Positions 26,131-40,882 of a DNA stretch of 64,000 nt are shown one piece after another (within the stretch, counting starts at the first letter, position 1; every line of letters begins with the position of its first letter). The DNA is from Prorocentrum cordatum (taxonomy: Eukaryota), in contig CAUYUJ010000044.1 of NCBI GenBank assembly GCA_963575745.1, forward strand, positions 1 to 64,000, in the 5' to 3' direction. Both the position numbers and the translations under genes were made by a program. The notes beneath the pieces were generated by a model. That model was not told where the DNA came from. It searched no databases and worked only from the letters and a program-made list of their open reading frames with translations.

Positions 26131-27220
26131 GTGCAACTTGTTTCAAACATGCGTCTCTGAACAGGGTTAGCGGCATCAGATCCGTTTGGACTGGCTGCCG
26201 CTGGACGAAGGACCCTCAGCTAATGTCTGTTTGGGCGTTTCGATTTTTGCTGATATGGAGGCCGTCCATATCTTCTCGGCCTTTTCCTATGGTGATTGCA
26301 GTCACGTTGCGTAGTCTTGCGCGCAGACTGTTTTGGCGAGAGGCGCGCAGAGCAACCGAGTCTCTGGCGTCGGTCGTCGTCAATCTTTGAGGCCCGCCGA
26401 GAGAGAACCCCTGCCGCCAGATCGGGATCTTCATTTGGCCACGGGCTACGGGTAGTTAGATTTCGATTGACGATGTGACGAAACAGCTTGTTCCCGTGTG
26501 GACCCCCCCTTTGGACCCCCCGTGGTTCGCAGCCCCTTTGGGAGGTGGTGCTGCGGAGGACCCCCACATGAGGAGTTCAACGGGGTTCAAAGCGCGGCGG
26601 AATTGGCATCAGAACAGGTCCGCGGGACACATTTGCAGCAGCTGGTGCCCGAGGATCTCTTTTCTCTTCTTCGCCCCCTCCCCCTCCCACCCTCATCCTC
26701 GCACTCCTGCTCCTCCCTCCCGGCCCCTGGCTCATCAGAGGCCCTCCCTCGTCCCTTCAGAAAGCCTGTTCCGAGGCAGGCGCCCCTAATTACCGCCCTC
26801 GCCACCAGCGGCCCATTCCGCCCTTGCAACAAGATAGGGTGGCTTTCCTGGTGCATGCCGATCTCGGCTCCAAGATGCTCCCGATGATAGTCCAAGGCAG
26901 CTCTAGTCCATATCTTCCCGCTCGCTCTTCTGACCACTCCACATGGGACACAGGGGTGTTTGGGTGTTTTGATGATGCGAGAGCCCGCCTCGCTTTGTTT
27001 CGATTCCCTCCGCCAGAGTTTATTTTAGGAGGGGAGAGAAGAGAAAAGGGCATGGATGAGCGAGGAGGGACGAGGGAGGAGGCGACAGGAATACTATGAT
27101 CATGATCATGATGATGATGATGATGATGACGATGATGATGACGATGATGATGGCGGTGATGATGCTGATGATGATGATGCTGATGCTGCTGCTGATGATG
27201 ATCATGATTATGTTTCTGAT

Positions 27221-27251
<31 letters not shown>

Positions 27252-27635
27252 CTGCTGCTGATGACGACGACGACGACGATGATGATGATGATGATGATGA
27301 TGATGATAGTGCTGCTGCTGATGATGATGATGATGACGACGATGATGATGCTGATGATGATGCTGATGATGATGATGAGGCTGATGATGATGATGATGAT
27401 GATGATGCTGATGCTGATGCTGATGCTGATTATGATGCTGATGCTGATGCTGATGCTGATGCTGATGATGATTTGATGATGATGATGATGCTGATGATGA
27501 TTATGATGATGATTCTGATGATGATGATGACGATGATGATGATGATGATGATGCTGATGATGATGCTGATGATGATGCTGATGCTGCTGATGATGATGAT
27601 GATCATGATTTGATGATGATGATGATGATGATGAA

Positions 27636-27698
<63 letters not shown>

Positions 27699-27715
27699 GA
27701 TGATGATGCTGATGG

Positions 27716-27767
<52 letters not shown>

Positions 27768-28024
27768 GGCGGTGGTGGTGATGATGATGCTGATATGATG
27801 ATGATGACGATGATGATGATGGTGATGATGATGATGATGCTGATGATGATGATGATGATGATGTGTGATGATGATGATGGTGTGGTGGTGGTGGCGGTGG
27901 TGGTGATGATGATGATGCTGATGATGATGCTGATGCTGATGCTGATGCTGATGATGATGCTGATGCTGATGCTTGAGCTGATGATGCTGATGATGATGAT
28001 GATGATGATGACGATGATGACGAT

Positions 28025-28056
<32 letters not shown>

Positions 28057-28059
28057 TGA

Positions 28060-28097
<38 letters not shown>

Positions 28098-28683
28098 GAT
28101 GAAGATGAAGATGAGATGATGAGGATGAGGATGAGGATGAGGATGAGGATGAGGGATGAGGGATGAGGATGAGGATGAGGATGAGGTGAGGATGAGGATG
28201 AGGATGAGGATGAGGATGAGGATGAGGATGAGGATGAGGAGGAGGAGGAGGAGGAGGAGGAGGAGGAGGAGGAGGAGCTGGAGGATGATGATGAGGAGGA
28301 GGAGGAGGACAATGACAAGGACAAGGACAAGGACAAGGACAAGGACAAGGACAAGGAGGAAACGAAGGAGGATGGGAAGCTGCTGGAGAAGGAGGGAGGA
28401 CAAGAGAGAGGATGAGCTTCGTCTCCTCTCCCCTCTCCCCCTCCGCTGTCCTGCCTCCTGTGTCCTGCCTTCTCCCACCTTGCCCGCGGCTCTCGCCCTC
28501 CTCGCCTCCTCGTGAACCCCTCTCCTCCCCCTCCATCCCCCTCCCCCTCGCCCCCCCTCCCCCCTCGCCCCCCCCCCTCCCCCCTCCCCTCTACCCCCCC
28601 TCCCTCGCCTCGCGCGATCGGGGCTGCTGCTCTCTTGGAGCAGCCCCCGGGCGCGCGGCCGAGGTGAGTCGCTGTCGTCGCGC

Positions 28684-29200
28684 CTGGTCTCGCGCGAGGG
28701 GAGCATCACCGACGAGCAGGCCCCCGCGCGGACTGTTCGCGAAAGAAGGAGGGTGCGTTCTTCAGGAGCGAAGGAAGGACGTACACGTACGTGAATCCAC
28801 GCTGGTTTCGAGAGTGCGCATTGCGCAAATGTTCGTATAACGCGGCCGGTCTCGGTCTCGCGCGAGGGGAGCATCACCGACGAGCAGGCCCCCGCGCAGA
28901 CTGTTCGGCGCCGACTCGGGGGGGTGCGTCCTCCAGGAGCGAAGGAAGGACGTACACGTACTCCAGATTTCATAACAAAAGGAGGGGGGTCTCATTTCGG
29001 GGGGGGTCTCTTCCAGGCCCTCTTGGAGGGCCTGGGGGGTCTGGGGGCGACGTTTTGGAGGGTTCTCCCACGGGGGAGGTCTGAAATGGCTTGTCTTGGA
29101 GGGTCCAGACCCCCTCCCTTTTCTTACGAAATCTGGAGTACATGAATCCACGCTGGTTTCGAGAGTGCGCATTGCGCAAATGCTCATATAGCGCGGCCGG
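28684..29200. repeat. Tandem duplication of a ~170-bp unit, second unit interrupted by MITE A
   Basis: ggtctcgcgcgaggggagcatcaccgacgagcagg...gtacacgtac.tgaatccacgctggtttcgagagtgcgc occurs twice. Confidence 0.9.
28961..29138. mobile_element. 178-bp MITE family A, second copy, TA TSD
   Basis: TA|ctccagatttc...gaaatctggag|TA; empty site at 28788. Confidence 0.92.
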
Positions 29201-29423
29201 TCCTCGCGGATCGAGGGGGGCCGTGTTCATGTACATAGCTGGGCGCGTCCGTCCTTTGTGGGCTCCCTACTCTGGCAGGCCCGCTCGGGCGCCGCGGGCA
29301 GTCGTCCCCGCAGACATGGCCCACTGTCCCCGGAGCCCCCCTGGCGGGCATCTTCGGGGGCGGGCTGCTGCCCACGGTGCTGAGGGAGAGCGGGACAGAG
29401 AGAGGGAGAGAGGGAGAGAGAGG

Positions 29424-29457
<34 letters not shown>

Positions 29458-29814
29458 AACGGAGAGAGAGAGAGAGAGAGAGGGAGAAAGAGGGAGAGAG
29501 AGGGAGAGAGAGAGAGAGGAGAGTAGAGAGAGGGAGAGAGAGCGAGAGGGAGAGAGAGGGAGAGAGAGGGAGAGAGGGATAGAGAGAGAGAGGGAGAGAG
29601 AGAGGGAGAGAGAGAGGGAGGGAAAGAGAGAGAGAGGTACAGGGATGTCGAATCACACCACGTAGCGTGGACCTAAGCTGTCGGAGGTCCGCGCAGATGT
29701 CTCGGATCTGCGCCGGCCCGTGTGTTCCGCGCGCCAGGGAGGGGGGGTCAGCGCCGATTCGAGCATTCCGCGCGAACATCCAAAAGAGTAGGTTTATGCT
29801 GCTGTAGACTATTG

Positions 29815-29962
29815 TTAAGTCGGGCCTGTCCCTCTACAGGATTTCAGAACTAGTCAAAAAAAGAGTCTGGGGACGAGTTATCGATGATTTGTCACATTCT
29901 TTTTTTGCTGCATTTTTAGTTTTCGTCCAAAATCCGCCTGCAGGGGAACACGCCCGACCTAA
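29815..29962. mobile_element. Family B MITE
   Basis: ttaagtcgggcctgtccctctacagg / cctgcaggggaacacgcccgacctaa. Confidence 0.8.
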
Positions 29963-30509
29963 GATTAGTATTCTTCATCTTTTTCATGCCTACACTCGCT
30001 TTACGTTTCCTCGCAGCTGCCTTCCCTTTTACACGAATGTCAGTCGTGCTTGGAGCCGCGGGCGCTTCTTTGAGTCACGCTACCTGTGTGTTTGAGAGAG
30101 TCTGTGTCTGCTGTTCTCCTATTTGGCCCCGTTCGCAACCGCGTGCGCCTTGCCTTCTTGACTCAGCCCGACTGCAGTCTCTCCACGCAATCTGCCGACT
30201 CAGCTAGAGAGAAAGCGCGATAGAGTTTGGATTCACGCTTTTGTACCGTGAGGGGGTCTTGCTGTCAGCCTGGCCAGATCAGGGCCGAGCGGTCTTACGC
30301 TGTCGCTGGGTGAGTAGCTGCAGTGGGTTCCCGCGGTGCGTATTGCAGGAGTGTTGTTGCTATTGTTGTTCTGTCGGATGGGGCGGACTTGAGGGCCCCA
30401 AGGGACCCCGGCAACCCTAGCGACCCAGCACCTCCCCATGGGAGGGGCCTACGGGTCCCTCTGAGGGGTTGCTAGGCTTGCTTGGGGTGTTGCGAATTGT
30501 GTAGGAGCC

Positions 30510-31450
30510 CGATGGGATTTCCATGGATCGATCCATTTGGATTCTTTTGGATTCTTACGTAAGGATTCCTCCGGATTCCTCAGGGTTCCTAGAGATTCCT
30601 GTGGATTCTCACTTCTCAGGAATCCCTGGGGAACCTTCGGAATCCTCAGGAGTCCTTCGGAGTCCGAACGACCACCAGGAATCTTCAAGAATCGTGACCA
30701 CCAGGAATCTTCAGAAATCCTAAAGGATCCATACGACCCCGCAGGAACCCCGAGGGACCACCAGGAATCTCCAAGTATCCGTAGGAATCCTTAGTAATCT
30801 TGTGGATTCTTGGGGATTCCTGGCGGTTCTAGGGCATTCCACTGCATTTTCTTTGGGTTTCTGCGGTCTCCAGCAGATTCTCAGCGATTCCTGAGCACCC
30901 TAGGGGTTTCTAGGGAGTCCTATGGATCCGTGGGGATCTCTAAGGATTCCAGAATAGTTCAACGAATTCCTGTGGGTCCCATTGGAATTTTCGTAGGTTC
31001 CCAGGGATTCCTGGGGATTCCCATGAGTTCCTGCGAGTTGTTGAGGATGCCTATGGGTTCTTCAGGATTCCGATGGGTTCCTCAGGATTCCAAAGGCTTC
31101 AGAGGATCCCAGCGGACTCCAACGGATTCCACGGGATTCCACCGGATCCCCGAGGATTATTGCATCGGATTCCCGCGGATTCCAGATGATCCCAAAGGAT
31201 CCTTTACAATTCCGATGGATCCCAGAGGATTCCAGCAGACCCCAGAGAATTCCAAACGACTCCTATGGGTTCCAGGGGAGTCGTATGGATTCTATCGCAT
31301 TCCATGGGATCCCTTTGGACTCTAGAGTCTAGAGGTTTCCAGAGGATTCCAGTTGATCCCTGTGGATCCCATCGGACTCCAGAGGATCCCCCCAAGGATT
31401 CCACAGGATTCCAGATAAATTCCCATGCATTTCAGAGGAACCCAGAGGAT
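30510..31450. repeat. Degenerate GGATTCC/GGAATCC-rich ~10-bp minisatellite
   Basis: Direct inspection. Confidence 0.85.
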
Positions 31451-31752
31451 GGAGGAGGAGGAGGAGGAGGAGGAGGAGGAGGAGGAGGAGGAGGAGGAGG
31501 AGGAGGAGGAGCAGTTGCAGGAGCAGGAGCAGGAGAACGAGGAGTAGGAGGAGAAGGCGGATAAAAAAGGGGGAGGAGGAGGAGGAGGAGGAGGAGGAGA
31601 GGAGGAGGAGGAGGAGGAGGAAGGCACATGATGATGTTGCTGCTGATGATGATGCTGATGATGATGCTGATGATGATGATGCTGCTGCTGATGATGCTGC
31701 TGATGATGATGCTGATGCTGATGCTGATGCTGATGCTGATGCTGATGCTGAT

Positions 31753-31783
<31 letters not shown>

Positions 31784-31786
31784 ATG

Positions 31787-31888
<102 letters not shown>

Positions 31889-31988
31889 GATGCTGATGCT
31901 GATGCTGATGCTGATGCTGATGCTGATGCTGTGCTGCTGCTGATGATGATGATGATGATGATGATGATGCTGCTGATGATGAGATGAC

Positions 31989-32019
<31 letters not shown>

Positions 32020-32207
32020 CTGATGATGATGATGATGATGATGATGATGAGGAGAGGAGGAGGAGGAGGAGGAGGAGGGAGGAGGAGGAGGAGGATGATG
32101 ATGATGATGAGGAGGAGGAGGAGGAGGAGGAGGAGGAGGCAGGTGGAGGAGGAGGAGGCCCGCGGGTTCTTCTCTGCTCGACGGGGCCTCGGTGTGAGCC
32201 TGTGCAG

Positions 32208-32276
32208 GTCCTGCGCGGGCGGGCGCCGTCGCGCAGCTCCGACGCGCTGCTGTTCAGCGTGCCCGACCACGCGGAG
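32208..32276 (+). CDS. Candidate small exon (VLRGRAPSRSSDALLFSVPDHAE)
   Basis: TGCAG| acceptor, GAG|GTGAG donor, 69 nt, high GC3. Confidence 0.4.
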
Positions 32277-32338
32277 GTGAGCCGCTGTGCCTCGCTCCTG
32301 AGGCTCCGGCCGGGCGTGCCTGCAGAGGATTTGATTCG

Positions 32339-34569
<2,231 letters not shown>

Positions 34570-36319
34570 TCATTGTTCGGGTCGGGCGGGTGGTAATGGG
34601 GGGCCCTAAATGGAGCCCTTTGGGGTCCTTTTTTGGCCAGTGCTCGCTCCACAAGGACGGAACCCTAAAGGCCCCCTTTAGGATCCTTTTCTTCACCCCC
34701 CCATTTAGGTCAGCCCTCCAATACCTCCCGCCCGACGGGTTGCAGATCATGGGGTCCTGGTATACCCTCGTAATTCCGCGTTCGGCGGGCACCCGTGTCG
34801 AGTCTGGCAGTCGATGAGATAGCGCCGACTCGCGTCGATCTGGCATCGATGAAGCGCCGATTAGCGTCGATGGGCGCCGAGTCGCCAGAGCCAACAAGAT
34901 CTGATGTGAGGCTGGCACGAGTCGCCACCGAAGGGGAGGGGGGAGACAGAGAGGACGGCAGAGGGTGGAGGGAGCCGTCCCCGCCCGTGGCCCCTCGCCC
35001 CCCTCCCCTCCCTGCCCGCCGCCCCGCACCCACCCTCATGCCGCGCCCCCCGCCTCCCGTCCCTCGCCCCCCCCCTGCCCTGCCCGCCCCTCCCCCCTCC
35101 CCTGGTGGTCCCTGGGGTCCTCTTGGGCCGCCTAATTAGGAGCGTCGGAGCGAGCGAACGGCGAGACCGCCGGCCCCTGCCAGAAACCTGGCGGGACCCT
35201 GTGAGTTGTGCCTCTTGAGAACCTCTTGGGAGCCCCTCTTCCTCCTCCTCCTCCTCCTCCTCCTCCTCCTCCTCCTCCTCCTCCTCCTCCTCCTCCCCTG
35301 TCCCAGCCGCTTCCGCCCTCCTCCTCCTCCTCCCCTGTCCCAGCCGCTCCCGCCCCGTCGGACCTCGCCCGGCGACTCTTCTTCGGGGCCTTCGGCCGGC
35401 CCCCTCGCTGCGCCCGCGGCGGCCTGCCTCCCCGAGGGAGTTTGTTTTGCGAGGGCTCGACGCCCACCCCGTGGCACGCGGCCCCTGGCTCGTGCCACGC
35501 GGGAGCGGCGAGGGGCAGGAGTTGCCGGGGAGAGGAGGGGGGGGGGGAGCCCCCCTGGGGCCGTCCCTGGGGGCCTTCTCGGCGCCGTGCGTCGGGAGGG
35601 CAGGCCCTGATCGCGGGGGGCCCCCGGCTCTGGACACACGGCGGGGTGGGCTTCCCCCTCCCTTCCCCCCCCCTCCCGTTCCCCCCCCCGCCCCCCTCCC
35701 CTCCCCCTCCCGTTCCCCCCGCCCCCCCCCTCCCCCCCCTCCCCGTTCCCCCCCCCCCCCCTCCCCCCCCCTCCCCCCCTCCCTCCCCCCTCCCCTCCCC
35801 CCCCTCCCCCCCCCGCCCCTCCCCCCCCCCCGGTCTGGCTGCGGCCGCCCTCCCGCCGATGCAGGGCCCTGGCCGCCACGCGGGCCTCTGGCCAGGAGCC
35901 GCCGCCCGCCGCCACGGCCCTCCGAGCCCTCCTCCCCTCCTCCTCTCCTCCTCCTCCTCCTCCTCCTCCTCCTCCTCCTCCTCCTCCTCCTCCTCCTCCT
36001 CCTCCTCCTCCTCCTCCTCCTCCTCCTCCTCCTCCTCCTCCTCCTCCTCCTCCCCTCCTCCTCCTCCTCCTCCTCCTCCTCCCCTCCTCCTCCTCCTCCT
36101 CCTCCTCCTCCTCCCTCCTCCTCCTCCTCCTCCTCCTCCTCCTCCTCCTCCTCCTCCTCCTCCTACCTCCTCCTCCTCCTCCTCCTCCTCCTCCTCCTCC
36201 TCCTCCTCCTCCTCCCCTCCTCCTCCTCCTCCTCCTCCCTCCTCCTCCCGCGGCAGGGGCGGGGGGGCCGGGGACGAGCACGCGCTCGGCCACTCGCTGG
36301 GGGGGGTAGGGGGCCGCAT

Positions 36320-36445
36320 GCGAACCCTACCCCTACCCCCACAATTTCTGAGGGGGGGGTGGGGTTCACTTCGTTCGGGAGCTCCCGAGCGAAGTGAGCC
36401 CCACCCTCCCCCTCAGAAATCGTGGGGGGTAGGGGTAGGGTTCGC
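36320..36445. mobile_element. Foldback/MITE (GCGAACCCTACCCCTACCCC...GGGGTAGGGGTAGGGTTCGC)
   Basis: ~35-bp inverted arms. Confidence 0.75.
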
Positions 36446-37964
36446 TTGTGGACCCCTAGGGGGGCGAGGGCAGGGGGGGTAGGGGAAGGCCTCGTAGAGA
36501 CACCCCCGCTTCTGAGAAGGCGCGGGCCTCCTCTGCAGAGGTGGGGCCAGCGCCTTCCAAGGAGCAGCCTCCTTCTGAGAGGCCTTCCCCCTCCCCCTAC
36601 CCCCTTGTGCGCGCCGCCAGCGTGCGGTAGGCTCGAATGGTGTCGACGCGGCGGCGTCCGCAGCGCGGGCGTTCAAGGTTCACTGCCGCCGGTGGCCCAG
36701 AGTCGGTCGTTGTCGCACGATCTGCGATGCAAGCGGTGTCAGAAACCAAGGCCGAGGTCGTCACGGCACGAACCCGCTGTACCGCTAGAGGTACTGGTCT
36801 CCCGTCTGTATTCGCCACCGGGTCAGAACGCGCCCCTGGAGAGGTCCGCGGAGTCGCTGTATCGGTATCTTTGTACCTTTTTGCTCCCACAGGCGACGGC
36901 CGGACATGGAATACGGGGAAGGGGGGCCGCGGTGATAGTCCCTCGGAATGGTGCTGAGGCGGGCGAGAGGGAAGGGGACAAGGGGAAACGGGAGGAAACG
37001 AGAAATATTAATCAGAGGAAGCAGAACATACAATAGTCGTAGGAGGACGAAATAGACTATTATTAATCGTATGGCTACTAAGAAGGAGACGAATCATACG
37101 CATAACAAGCTATTACTACGACTAATCGCAATACTAAGAAGGAGCTCCATAGTAACAATTATAATATGCACAATTCGAACTCTAATAGTACTAATGATAA
37201 TCATTCTAATGCGAAGGACAATAATCTTATAGCAATCGTAATACTAATAATCTCCAGAGGGGTGAGGAGGAAGAGGAGAAGAAATATCGGTGAACGGGCG
37301 GGGGTGTTGTACGATGAATGGGGACAGGCATCGAGGGCGGTGTGGGCAGGGTGGAAGGGAATAGGAGAGAGGGGGAGGTGGGGATGGAGGGGGGGAGGGG
37401 ACGAGGGAACAGTGGGGGGAGAGGGGGGAGAGAGGGGGAGGAACTGGGGGAGAGGGAGAGGAGAGTGAGGGAGACTGGATCGTCCCAGTCCTGTCAATCT
37501 CAGCCCAGGGGCAGGCGCAGCCGGAGCTTCGGCCTCTTCTCCCGTTGTCCCCTCACCTCGGGTACTCCTGCTCCTCCGGCTTCCTCCCTTTATCCCTCTC
37601 CCTTCTCTCTCCCTTTTATCTCTTTCCTGCATCCCTCCTCTCCATCTCCATCCTCCCTCCTGCATCCCCTCTCGCTCCCCGCCCCTCCCCCTCTCGGCCT
37701 TCTCCCTGGCCCGCCCTCCGTTGAGGTCTTGATTGTCGCCCTGCCACTTGGTGAGAACTGATGGGCGGGTGTGGGAGTCAGGAGGGGAAAAATCACAGAC
37801 ACCATTAATCGTCGACTCCCAGGAAGACATGGGAAAACATGGGAAGTGGGGGGAAGAAGACCAAAGCCCAGAAAATATAGGGAATCCTGCTATTTGTGCG
37901 TATTTATTTGCGTACCCTTGGGCCCCTTCTGGGAGGGCGCCGCGCGCCCCCCCCCCCGCCGCAG

Positions 37965-38063
37965 GACGCGAGGCCGCCGCCGGAGGGCGCGTGGGCCGAG
38001 GAGGCCTGCGGCGACCTGGCGCACGGCTTCCTGACCCTGCGGCTGGAGCACCCCGACTCGGAG
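37965..38063 (+). CDS. Candidate exon (DARPPPEGAWAEEACGDLAHGFLTLRLEHPDSE)
   Basis: Poly-C tract then CGCAG| acceptor, very high GC3; donor position uncertain. Confidence 0.45.
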
Positions 38064-38990
38064 GGGCCAGGGTCGGGGGAGGGGGGGGATGGTGACGATG
38101 AGGGCGGCGGTGGTGGTGGTTTCTCTCTCTCTCTCTCTTCCCCCTTCCGTTGCACCTTGAGCGGTGTAGAGTTGCAGTGGCAGCCGTAGCTCCAGTTCGG
38201 TGTTTCGGATTCTTGCGATGGTGGTGGTGGTGGTGGTGGAGATGGTGGTGGCGATGGTGGTGGCGATGGTGATGATGGCGACGACGATGATCACGATGAT
38301 CGCGATGCTGGTGATACTGCTGATAATGATGATAATGCTGATAATGATGAGGATGAGGATGGTGATTGTGATGCTGATGATGATCATGATCATGATAACG
38401 ATGTTGCTGGTGATGATCATGATGATGACACAGGTGATGCTGATCATGATGACGATCATGATTATGATTCAGATGATGCTGATGATGCTGATGCTGATCA
38501 TGATGATGCTGATACTGATGATGCCGATGCTGAGGATGAGTATGATGCTGATGACGACGTTGACGAGGATGCTAGGGTGATGATGGTAATGACGGCTACG
38601 GCGAAAGGTCTTCGTTGAAGCCAGAATCGTCTTCATGTCGACGGCGGTTGTGACGATGATGACGACCTTGGTGTCAATGACGAAGACAAGGCGTTGCCGT
38701 TGATGACGGTCACGATGATGACGGCAACGATGATGAGGTGTGTAGATGAGGGGAATTTGACGTTTTTAATGATGATGCTTCCGGTGATGGTGATGGTGGT
38801 GACCTGTTGATGGTGATGCCGATCATGGTGATGATGCTGATGCTGATGATGTTGATGATGATGCTGGTGGTGATCATTATGATGACTACGATGATGCTGA
38901 TGACGATGACGATGCCGATGATGCTGATGTTGATGATGAAAGTATGATGGTCGTGGTGATGATGCTGATGCTAATGTTGATGTTGATGGC

Positions 38991-39047
<57 letters not shown>

Positions 39048-39337
39048 AACGATGGTGAAGAGGACGATGAGGAGTGCAAGGAGGAGGTGGCTGCGGATAC
39101 GGATGAGGATGCGGACGGTAATGTTGATTATGATGCTGATGATGATGATGATGATGATGATGATGACGATGCCGATGCTGCTGATGATGACGCTGATGCT
39201 GCTGCTGATGATGCTGCTGATGAGTTAATGATGATAATAATGATGACGATAATGCTGATGATAAAGATGATGCTGATGATGATGGTGATGATGATGATGA
39301 TGATGATGATGATGCTGACGATGCTGACGATGCTGAC

Positions 39338-39373
<36 letters not shown>

Positions 39374-39411
39374 CATGATGATCATGATGATCATGATGAT
39401 CATGATGATAC

Positions 39412-39455
<44 letters not shown>

Positions 39456-39487
39456 TTGATGATGATGATGATGATGATGATGATGAC

Positions 39488-39533
<46 letters not shown>

Positions 39534-40265
39534 GTGCCGCTGCTGGTTGTGATAGTGAGGATCATGATGCCCAAGTGCCCTGCAGCTCGCAAACACAAAG
39601 GCGCAGACTTCAAACAACTGTCATGTGCAGGGTTGTCGGGGCCACTGCTCTCAGGAGCGGCACAGCTTGCAATGTGCGCGGCGAGAAGTGACATGGCGCC
39701 TCGGCGGAGCCTATTGCAGGCACACGTGGCATATGGGACCAGCAGGGTGGAGCTCTTGAATAGCCGTTCTGACCTTGGAGTATTCTTTTCCCTATTCATT
39801 GGAGCCTTTCCCGTCGCGGAGGCTTCTCCTTTAGCGAAATGATGAGAGGACGATCGTACTGGCATGGCAGTGATGACGGTTTTATTGAGGAGGATGGAGA
39901 TTTCGTAGGGGGATGAGGTAAGGGTAAGGGTCAATTCGTATGATGCTGATGTGGATGATGATGCTGCTGATGATGATGCGGGTGATGATGCTGGTGATGC
40001 TGAGATAATGATGAAGGTGATGCTGATGATGGTGTTGATGATGATGCTGATGCCGATGATGATGCTGATGGTGATGAGTGAGTGATGATGATGAAGATGA
40101 TGATGATGATGATGATGTTGTTGTTGTTGTTGACGATGATGATGATGATGATGATTATGATGATGCTGCTGATGATGATGGTGATTGTGATGCTGATGAT
40201 GCTGATGATGCTGATGATGCTGATGGCGATGATGGTGATGCTGATGCTGATGCTGATGCTGATGC

Positions 40266-40300
<35 letters not shown>

Positions 40301-40668
40301 CTGATGATCATTAGGGTTCTGAGTCGAACATATTACCATGTGGGCGATTCTTGTTTGTTGCCGTCAGAAGGTTTTGTTGTGTCGTGTGCCCAGGTTGCCC
40401 AGCCGGTGCCAGGGGGCACTGTTGCGGTAAGATCGAGTTGCCAAGGAAGTTCTCGCGCGTCGAGACGTGATCAAAATGTTGAGGCTGTCCAGCCCGTTGC
40501 GCTTGAGACATCCTCACACGTCTGTGCTTTGGGACGACTTGACTTGAGATGGGTCCGTCCCGTTGTGCCTAAGACATCCTCGCATGTTGCCGGGCTTCCA
40601 GGGGCTGCGCCAGAGGTGGTCCGGCGCACTTCGCCTGGAACATCCTCGCACCTTGGGGCTCGGAGATA

Positions 40669-40882
40669 GTGATCGTTTTCTTATTCATTGTGCCGCCGAT
40701 CGGCGCGGGCCCTCGCACCCCCTCTCCCTCCCCCCCCCATGGGAGTAGATCTTGGCTGTTTTTGGTGCGAGTTTCAAGCAGGGGACGCACTGTTGTAAAC
40801 AGTTGCACTAAGCAGAGGTCAGGAGCCAGACTCTTCTCCCCCCTGCGCCCAATGTCGAAGCGCCGAAAAAGAAAACGTGCAC
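40669..40882. mobile_element. ~220-bp MITE family E (GTGATCGTTTT...AAAACG.TCAC)
   Basis: Second copy at 44233-44458 inserted in the LINE remnant. Confidence 0.8.

Noticed and set aside
26130..27080. Split direct repeats for element 2
   Set aside because: Only weak similarity (tgtttggg.gttt) was found; no convincing A/B repeats.
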